Shown here one piece after another: positions 32,569-38,533 of a DNA stretch of 38,533 nucleotides. Position 1 is the first letter of the stretch; the number at the start of each line of letters is the position of its first letter. The DNA lies in UHGV virus genome UHGV-0139758; one strand, given 5' to 3'. The notes under the pieces are model-generated. The model searched no databases. It was not told the DNA's origin and saw nothing but the letters and a program-made list of their open reading frames with translations. Source of the DNA: a virus. The translations under genes were made by a program, and so were the position numbers.

Positions 32569-34832
32569 GCACGATTATTTTACATGATAAGAAAAATAAC
32601 AATTGGAACTCCCTAGGCATAGGTCCTTTACAAGATGCAATAAATCCTCTTTCTACAAGGGAACGTAATGGTATTTATGATATGACATTCCAGTATCCAG
32701 TGGTAGGGAATTTGTTTCATGAGCTGAAAGTAGGAAGATGGATAGTCGCTGATGCTGGACCGACATTGGTCGCTAAAAGTCAACGGTTTGAAATTGCACA
32801 AATTACAAAACCAATCAAAGGGATTGTCACTGTTTACTGTGAGCATTATCGCTATAAATTGTTGCGCACAATGGTAAAAATCGGTTCCAAATATTCTAAT
32901 ATTTCGGCACAAACAGCATTGAATCAATTAAGAAGTCAGATGGAGCCTAAAAGTGATTTTACTTTTTACAGTGATGTGGGGACTACATCTTCAATTGATT
33001 TTACAGACCCCGCAAAATATAAAAATGCGCAAGAAGTTTTAGGCGGTGTCGCTGGTTCAATTTTAGATAATTTCGGTGGGGAATATCTTTTTAATAATAA
33101 TCAAGTTCGCTTGTTAGCAAAAGCCGGTACCGATACGAATGTAGTCATTGCCTACGGTAAAAATTTAACAGATATTAATCAAGAGGAATCCATTGAAAAT
33201 ACGTATACTTCAATATATGGCTGGGCTAAAATTGGTAATGGCGATGATGAAAAAGTAATCACTCTACCAGAAATATATATTGATAGTGACTATGTCAGTA
33301 ATTATACGGAACGTAGAATACAAATGGTTGATTTTAGTGATAAAGAGCCAAAAGATGTTGAAGCTTTACGCGGCATGGTTAAATCGTTTATTAAGTCTAA
33401 TAATGTGGGGATTCCTCGTGTGAGTATAAAAGCTAGTTATGTAGACTTAGCGAGTTCCGTCTCAGATGAACAACTTAAAAGCCTTGAGGTTGTAGATTTA
33501 TGTGATTGGGTAACGGTTGCGTTTAATCAATTAAACATTAATACAACGGCACAAATTGTAAAAACTGTGTGGAATATTTCTTTAGATCAATATGAGTCAA
33601 TCGAATTAGGTGAAGCGAGAACTGATTTTGCTAAGTTAATTGAAGACTCAAAAGAAAATATTAATGATTTGTCAGACAAAATAGATTGGCTTGAACAAGC
33701 GCAAAAAGAAGCATCTGATATTATCAAAAATCCAGGAAAAGGTCATGTGCTCATATATCCGTCGCTTGCAGATCCTCAAGAACTATTAATTATGGATACG
33801 ACAAGTATAAATACTGCTAGAAAAGTCTGGCGATGGAATATTGGAGGGCTGGGATTTAGCTCAACTGGATATAACGGTAACTATGAGTTAGCAATGACAA
33901 ATAATGGGCTAATTGTTGCAGACAGGATGGCTACAGGAACATTGAGAGCTATTAACATTATAGGTGTGACAATTACAGGTAGTGACATTACAAGTGAAAG
34001 TGGCTATAACAAAATTATAATGTCAAAGGGAGCTATCAAGAACTACTATAATAATGTTTTAAAATCAACAATGGATGCTAACAAATTTTCAATATATGAT
34101 TCTAGAGAAATTGAATTGATGCAACTAAATTCTGATGGTGTGCGATTTAACAAAGAAGGCACTTTAAATAAGTTAGGAGGTCTGGGTAGAGCATTTTCTA
34201 CTTCTTTAGGCAAAGAAGAAATCCATATTTATTCTGAACCAGGAGTGTTAGCAAGTGTCGGAGCAAAAAAAGTCTCAGGGAACGATGTTGCGAGACATTT
34301 TACAGTTTTTGACGCAGGGGTTCAAATATCAAATTTAAACATGGGTGGAAGTTATGTTGGAGGATCTGGAGAAATAAAAAATTCAACATTGGTAAATACT
34401 AGTGTTAGTACAAAATTTACAGTGAATAACAATGTTAACTTAGGATTTTACTCTAATTTAAACATGAATGGTTTTTCAATTCTAAATCAATCAGATGTTC
34501 GGCTAAAGGAGAATATAACAGATACGAAGATTGATGGTATCAAAGAAACCAAAAAGTTAAACTTTGTGGAATTTGATAGAAAGCAAAACTATAAAAGTAA
34601 TAATCCAATAGAACAGCCTTCTAATAAAAGAGAACTTGGGCTAATTGCTCAATATTCACCATTTTTAAGTGTTAAACATAATGAAGACCACTATTTAAGT
34701 TTAGATATGAATAAACAAGTGATGCTTAACAGTTTAACTAATAAACAGCTTATTGAAAAAATTGAACAATTAGAAAAAAAAATAAACAAGCCTAACAAGA
34801 ATAGAAGAAAATATCATAGAGGAGGGATTTGA
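32565..34832 (+). CDS. Tail-associated lysin / tail endopeptidase (Tal)
   Basis: About 755 aa after Dit. Start at the ATG at 32565, which overlaps the Dit stop and has a GGAGGA RBS. N-terminus STIILHDKKNNNWNSLGIGPLQD. Confidence 0.7.
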   Translation: MSTIILHDKKNNNWNSLGIGPLQDAINPLSTRERNGIYDMTFQYPVVGNLFHELKVGRWIVADAGPTLVAKSQRFEIAQITKPIKGIVTVYCEHYRYKLLRTMVKIGSKYSNISAQTALNQLRSQMEPKSDFTFYSDVGTTSSIDFTDPAKYKNAQEVLGGVAGSILDNFGGEYLFNNNQVRLLAKAGTDTNVVIAYGKNLTDINQEESIENTYTSIYGWAKIGNGDDEKVITLPEIYIDSDYVSNYTERRIQMVDFSDKEPKDVEALRGMVKSFIKSNNVGIPRVSIKASYVDLASSVSDEQLKSLEVVDLCDWVTVAFNQLNINTTAQIVKTVWNISLDQYESIELGEARTDFAKLIEDSKENINDLSDKIDWLEQAQKEASDIIKNPGKGHVLIYPSLADPQELLIMDTTSINTARKVWRWNIGGLGFSSTGYNGNYELAMTNNGLIVADRMATGTLRAINIIGVTITGSDITSESGYNKIIMSKGAIKNYYNNVLKSTMDANKFSIYDSREIELMQLNSDGVRFNKEGTLNKLGGLGRAFSTSLGKEEIHIYSEPGVLASVGAKKVSGNDVARHFTVFDAGVQISNLNMGGSYVGGSGEIKNSTLVNTSVSTKFTVNNNVNLGFYSNLNMNGFSILNQSDVRLKENITDTKIDGIKETKKLNFVEFDRKQNYKSNNPIEQPSNKRELGLIAQYSPFLSVKHNEDHYLSLDMNKQVMLNSLTNKQLIEKIEQLEKKINKPNKNRRKYHRGGI

Positions 34833-36304
34833 TGGCGAATAAGATATTAAATCTCGATTTTTCAAAGGATCCAATCATGCCACCGATTATTTATGGACGC
34901 GTCGGCGATGAAAAAATGCAAACAATTACTGTGAAAATTTCTCGACGAGATGAGATACCAGATTTATCGGGTGGAATCATTACCTTTGAGGGAGAACCTG
35001 CAGGCGGAAAAGTGAAAGTTTTTGATTCTGAAAACGTCTCTTCTAATAACGCTGGATTGCAAAAAGGAACATTTGAATACACGTTTCCTAGTGCAGCGTT
35101 TAGCGTAGAAGGGACGTACAAAAGGGCATATTTTTCGTTTCAAAAAGATGGGAAAAGAGATACTACGGGAGACTTTAAAATCATTGTTAAAGGAAATGCT
35201 GACATTGATGCCGGAGAAGCTGAAACAATTATTACTGAATACAATAAACTTGTAAAAGCTTTGAATGAAGCATATCAAGCTACACTAAATAAAATGAATA
35301 CTGATTATGATGATGTTGAAAAACGTATTGAAGCGATCAAGGTAGATTTAAATACGCTAAAAAAACAAATAACAGATATATTGGTGGATGCAGAAGGTCG
35401 CATTTCAGCCATTGGGAAGTCAGTAACAGATGAAGTTGATGCAGCACTTGAAAAGTTTAAAGAGGGAAACTTCTATACGAAACAGGAAGCTGATAATAGA
35501 TTTTTAAGTAAAACGGAAAACCTTGACATTCAAAATAAAAAGTTAACTAATGATGATGGTTCAGGTCTACCTTTGCCAAAGGGAGTAACTTCATTTAAAG
35601 AATTATCAGGTTATGCTGGTTTTTATTATCTAAATGCTACAGTTGCGGGAACAATGACTGACAAAGCAGATTTGCCACCTGAATTTAAATATTCTGCTCT
35701 ATATGTTTATCAACATGCCATTGCGGGCACTGCAGGATCTATGTATCAAGAAATTAGAATGAATTCGTTAGCAACACCTTTAATTGCATTTAGAACGACT
35801 TCTCCTAATTCTTCTCAAAATAGTCCGTTCAAAGTTTTGGCTACTACAGATAGTGTTGTTAATTTATCGAATAATCAAGAAATCGCAGGTGTAAAGAATT
35901 TTTCAGACGGACTACAAATATCAGGTAAGAATTTAACCGATTCTTTAATGGAAATGTTATTAAACGTAGGGAAAAAAATCTGGGAAGGCGCAGCCTATCT
36001 AAATGAGACTCAGTCTGTGAAACCAAGTATACCTTTAGACAAATGTTTTACAGGTTGGGTCGCATTGTACCAACCCTATGATAGTAATACGGGAAAAGCG
36101 CAGCCATGGGATTTGAATTATATGTTTATTCCCAAAACTCATGCGGTGGATTATTCGGGTGTGGCTATTGTTCATCATTTGGAGACTTTAAATGGTGCGA
36201 AATTCAATAAGTATATTTATGTAACAAATACAGAAATTAAAGGACATAAGAATAATGGAACTGCAGCGAAAGATTATGTGATTACAAAACTTTATTCTGT
36301 GTAA
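34829..36304 (+). CDS. Receptor-binding / baseplate upper protein (BppU-like N-terminus) tail fiber
   Basis: The N-terminus MANKILNLDFSKDPIMPPIIYGRVGDEKMQTITVKI is BppU-like. A coiled-coil middle region is followed by a distinct C-terminal domain. Confidence 0.65.
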   Translation: MMANKILNLDFSKDPIMPPIIYGRVGDEKMQTITVKISRRDEIPDLSGGIITFEGEPAGGKVKVFDSENVSSNNAGLQKGTFEYTFPSAAFSVEGTYKRAYFSFQKDGKRDTTGDFKIIVKGNADIDAGEAETIITEYNKLVKALNEAYQATLNKMNTDYDDVEKRIEAIKVDLNTLKKQITDILVDAEGRISAIGKSVTDEVDAALEKFKEGNFYTKQEADNRFLSKTENLDIQNKKLTNDDGSGLPLPKGVTSFKELSGYAGFYYLNATVAGTMTDKADLPPEFKYSALYVYQHAIAGTAGSMYQEIRMNSLATPLIAFRTTSPNSSQNSPFKVLATTDSVVNLSNNQEIAGVKNFSDGLQISGKNLTDSLMEMLLNVGKKIWEGAAYLNETQSVKPSIPLDKCFTGWVALYQPYDSNTGKAQPWDLNYMFIPKTHAVDYSGVAIVHHLETLNGAKFNKYIYVTNTEIKGHKNNGTAAKDYVITKLYSV

Positions 36305-36317
36305 TAAGAATATGAAT

Positions 36318-36348
36318 AAGCCGTTTAGCGAAAGCTAGGCGGTTTTTA
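36318..36348 (+). terminator. Terminator after the tail fiber gene
   Basis: CCGTTTAGC-gaaa-GCTAGGCGG imperfect stem followed by TTTTTATT. Confidence 0.45.
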
Positions 36349-36367
36349 TTATTGGAAGGTGGAACTT

Positions 36368-36766
36368 ATGACGATGTTTGATTACTTTAGACATTTTTTA
36401 GAAACAGAAGACACGAAAATTTTATTCATTTTAGCATTAATTTGCACGGCGATGGTCATTGACTTTTTTACAGGAACCTTTGCGGCAAAAATCAACCCAG
36501 ATATTGAATTTAAATCAAAAATAGGCATTAACGGCATTTTACGAAAACTAACGAGTATTTTCCTACTCGTATTTTTTATTCCATTGTCGGTTATTGTGCC
36601 CGGGGGTGCAGGAGTTGCTTTATTATACACGCTTTACCTTGGTTACTTATTAATGGAAATAAAATCCATCATGGAAAACTACCAAAAGATAGGCGGAAAA
36701 ACGGATTTATTTCAGCGGTTTATTGACAGTTTTAAACCATCAGATAGAGAGGACGATGACAAATGA
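36368..36766 (+). CDS. Holin
   Basis: ATG at 36368 with a GGAAGGTGG RBS. Transmembrane segments ILFILALICTAMVIDFF and IFLLVFFIPLSVIVPGGAGVALLYTLYLGYLLM. Charged C-terminus. Confidence 0.75.
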   Translation: MTMFDYFRHFLETEDTKILFILALICTAMVIDFFTGTFAAKINPDIEFKSKIGINGILRKLTSIFLLVFFIPLSVIVPGGAGVALLYTLYLGYLLMEIKSIMENYQKIGGKTDLFQRFIDSFKPSDREDDDK

Positions 36767-36945
36767 CACTAACAGAAAAAGCGCAAGAGATCGTTTTGGT
36801 GTTAGAAAAAGAAGATCTTTCAAATCAAACAAAAAAAAGAATGGCTGTCGCAAAAATGAATGAGTGGGCATTGGCTACAAAAACAGAAGTAACAAATGAA
36901 GAAATCGAAAAAGAGATAGAAGGTGCTTACAATGGGCTTAAATAA
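36763..36945 (+). CDS. Small protein between holin and endolysin (60 aa)
   Basis: Charged, helical, ATGA-coupled to the holin gene. Confidence 0.45.
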   Translation: MTLTEKAQEIVLVLEKEDLSNQTKKRMAVAKMNEWALATKTEVTNEEIEKEIEGAYNGLK

Positions 36946-37759
36946 TCAATTGAGTGTGGAATGGTTCTTAGAGAGAGTCGGAAAAATAACCTATTCTATG
37001 GTTGGTTCTCGTAATGGAGCTGATGGAACAGCGGATTGTTCAGGATCAATGACGCAGTCTATTAAAGATTCTGGAGGAGTAAACTATGACTACTTGTATT
37101 CAACGGTAACACTAGGAAACTATTTAGATAAAAACGGGTATCAACGTATTTCGGTGAATCAAGATTGGCACGCACAAAAAGGAGATGTTGTTCTCATGAG
37201 TTGGGGAGCTGATATGTCTTCAAGCGGCGGAGCTGGCGGCCACGTTGGTGTCATGATGAACGCTACTGATTTTATTAGTTGTGATTATTGGACCGGAGGA
37301 CAACCAGGAACAGCGATTACTCAGCATAATTGGGATGAGTATTATGCGGCTACCAAGCCAAATTACATTGAGGTTTGGCGATTTCAGAACAATCAACCCA
37401 CTCCACCAGTTCCTCCAGCACCTAAGCCAACTAAGCGACGTTATGGATACCGAGTAGATGACTTACAGTTCGTGAACGGACTTTGGCAAGTAAGAAATGA
37501 TGTGTTGGGACAGCCAGATTTTGACTGGACAGAAAACGGGATTAACGTTGCCTATATTGATAAAATCAATCCAGCAACAGGAGAGAATACACCGGATCAA
37601 GAATTAAAAGTCGGCGACTACTTTTCTTTTCAACCGTCATCCGTAGGGATTATTACCGAACAACACTCTTTGAATGGAAAAACAATTTCACATGTGCAAT
37701 TCCCTGACGAGTTTATTTGGTTGTACACAGAAAGTGTTGAAAAATTAATTTATGGATAA
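36932..37759 (+). CDS. Endolysin with an Amidase_5-type catalytic domain, a Pro-rich linker and a C-terminal binding domain
   Basis: The N-terminal region (VGKITYSMVGSRNGADGTADCSGSM ... GAGGHVGVMMNATDFISCDYW) resembles Dp-1 Pal-type Amidase_5 from memory. The linker is PTPPVPPAPKPT. Confidence 0.75.
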   Translation: MGLNNQLSVEWFLERVGKITYSMVGSRNGADGTADCSGSMTQSIKDSGGVNYDYLYSTVTLGNYLDKNGYQRISVNQDWHAQKGDVVLMSWGADMSSSGGAGGHVGVMMNATDFISCDYWTGGQPGTAITQHNWDEYYAATKPNYIEVWRFQNNQPTPPVPPAPKPTKRRYGYRVDDLQFVNGLWQVRNDVLGQPDFDWTENGINVAYIDKINPATGENTPDQELKVGDYFSFQPSSVGIITEQHSLNGKTISHVQFPDEFIWLYTESVEKLIYG

Positions 37760-37823
37760 AAAATTCTTGTCTGAAAGTAAAAATAATAGTATATTAGACC
37801 TACAATAAAGGAGTCATTCACTT

Positions 37824-37856
37824 AAACCGTCCTTGCCAAGGGACGGTTTTTGTTTT
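37824..37856 (+). terminator. Intrinsic terminator after the lysis cassette
   Basis: AAACCGTCC-ttgccaag-GGACGGTTT stem followed by TTGTTTT. Confidence 0.8.
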
Positions 37857-37971
37857 ACAGAAAAAATCCTATATAGTATGATTTATTCAGTGATGACATT
37901 CACTATTGAATCTCAATTAATGGCAAAATCTCCCACCATCATACGACAGATTGTGGGCGATTTTGTTTTCA

Positions 37972-38045
37972 GGACCATTAGCTCAGCTGGTTAGAGCAAA
38001 CGGCTCATAACCGTTCGGTCACAGGTTCGAGTCCTGTATGGTCCA
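37972..38045 (+). tRNA. tRNA-Met (anticodon CAT; elongator, initiator or lysidine-Ile not distinguished)
   Basis: Acceptor GGACCAT/ATGGTCC. D-arm TAGCTCAGCTGGTTAGAGC. Anticodon stem AACGG/CCGTT with loop CTCATAA. T-arm CACAGG-TTCGAGT-CCTGT. Confidence 0.8.
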
Positions 38046-38051
38046 TAACGA

Positions 38052-38088
38052 AAGCCTCGCTCCTAGATAAGAGTGAGGCTTATTTTTT
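38052..38088. terminator. Bidirectional terminator shared by tRNA-Met and the convergent minus-strand gene
   Basis: AAGCCTCGCTC ... GAGTGAGGCTT stem followed by ATTTTTT. Confidence 0.7.
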
Positions 38089-38335
38089 ATGCATTTACTA
38101 AAGATTTTCTTACAAGCATTTTATCAATTACAAGTTGATTTCTTTTATTCAAATGACCATAGACAGCTAGTTCAGATTGTTCAGGTAACATTAGTAGCGT
38201 ATTTGCCAGTTCGTATTTGGAGACGATACAGTTTATAGTTTCGTCCTGTGTTACTAATGAGAATCGAACTAGCATTTTTGGGTGCATACTTAACATTCTA
38301 ATCTTTTCAACTACTCCTACATAATTAGTTTTCAT
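38087..38335 (-). CDS. Hypothetical protein (82 aa) with its own strong promoter
   Basis: AGGAGG RBS. See the promoter feature at 38344-38388. Confidence 0.55.
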   Translation of the reverse strand: MKTNYVGVVEKIRMLSMHPKMLVRFSLVTQDETINCIVSKYELANTLLMLPEQSELAVYGHLNKRNQLVIDKMLVRKSLVNA

Positions 38336-38343
38336 GATATCGT

Positions 38344-38388
38344 CCTCCTATTGATCTTATTATACCGAATGTATGTTCTTATTGTCTA
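38344..38388 (-). promoter_or_regulatory. Sigma-A-type promoter with an embedded Cheo/LexA-like box
   Basis: Minus-strand -35 TAGACA (reverse complement of 38383-88), 18-nt spacer, -10 TATAAT (reverse complement of 38359-64). The spacer contains CGAATGTATGTTCT (38366-79), which matches 12 of 14 positions of the Firmicute SOS box CGAACRNRYGTTYC. Confidence 0.45.
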
Positions 38389-38533
38389 TCATTTTACAAA
38401 ACTGTAATATTTGACTACCATTTGAATACCATAATGGTGTGAAAAGTTGTGGAACATTTGTAGTTGAATAAAACATAAACGGCTTTGTATCAGCGTTTAT
38501 TTGTGTTTTAGTGAGTAATTTGTACTTGTGATT

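Noticed and set aside
1651-36630. Many short ORFs in the six-frame track that overlap called genes on the opposite strand or in other frames (for example 1651-1875, 3165-3377, 4889-5071, 6744-6932, 8013-8237, 10244-10462, 11274-11480, 13701-13907, 14162-14428, 15315-15506, 17773-18015, 18037-18255, 18236-18472, 20214-20411, 21155-21466, 21187-21375, 22347-22619, 25327-25602, 26646-26882, 26817-27122, 26866-27057, 27076-27339, 27266-27481, 27276-27488, 27673-27870, 28603-29004, 29194-29415, 29668-29898, 31813-32013, 32170-32352, 32628-32927, 34891-35121, 34964-35278, 36382-36630)
   Set aside because: They lack RBSs, sit entirely within better-supported genes, and have skewed compositions typical of antisense or off-frame reading. 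The gene-dense coupled operons leave no room for them.

Overview
This window is an almost complete temperate siphovirus-type prophage from a low-GC Firmicute. The gene content resembles Enterococcus or Listeria phages, but I cannot name the host from the sequence alone.

Gene order, left to right:
- Integrase on the minus strand, then small morons.
- A CI-like repressor and a Cro-like regulator, transcribed divergently across palindromic operators.
- A plus-strand early region: Rha regulator, ERF annealase, DUF1351 protein, DUF968-like protein, a replisome-organizer gene that carries an internal iteron origin, MazG-like protein, RusA, an orphan C5-cytosine methyltransferase and YopX.
- An ArpU-like late regulator.
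- An accessory island of about 1.8 kb. It holds a zinc-ribbon mini-protein, a tRNA-Asn, and a tandem array of four small RNA genes on the minus strand.
- A packaging and head module: TerS, TerL, portal, head-morphogenesis protein, scaffold and major capsid.
- A tail module: connector proteins, major tail protein, Ig-like protein, chaperones, tape measure, Dit, Tal and a BppU-like receptor-binding protein.
- A lysis cassette: holin and an Amidase_5 endolysin.
- A tRNA-Met and a promoter-equipped minus-strand gene of unknown function at the right end.

The most interesting signals:
1. The four-copy small-RNA array at 17.1-17.8 kb. Each unit has its own TGnTATAAT promoter and intrinsic terminator, covarying stems, and a conserved CCUU (anti-Shine-Dalgarno-like) motif.
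2. Two parallel -1 programmed frameshift cassettes, each with a C_CCA_AAA heptamer and a downstream stem. They append a homologous 24-aa tail to both the major capsid and the major tail protein.
3. An 11-bp-periodic iteron origin inside the replisome-organizer gene.
4. A conserved promoter-like element reused three times in the early region, each time after a reverse-strand moron.

All calls rest on reading motifs by eye. No similarity searches were possible.
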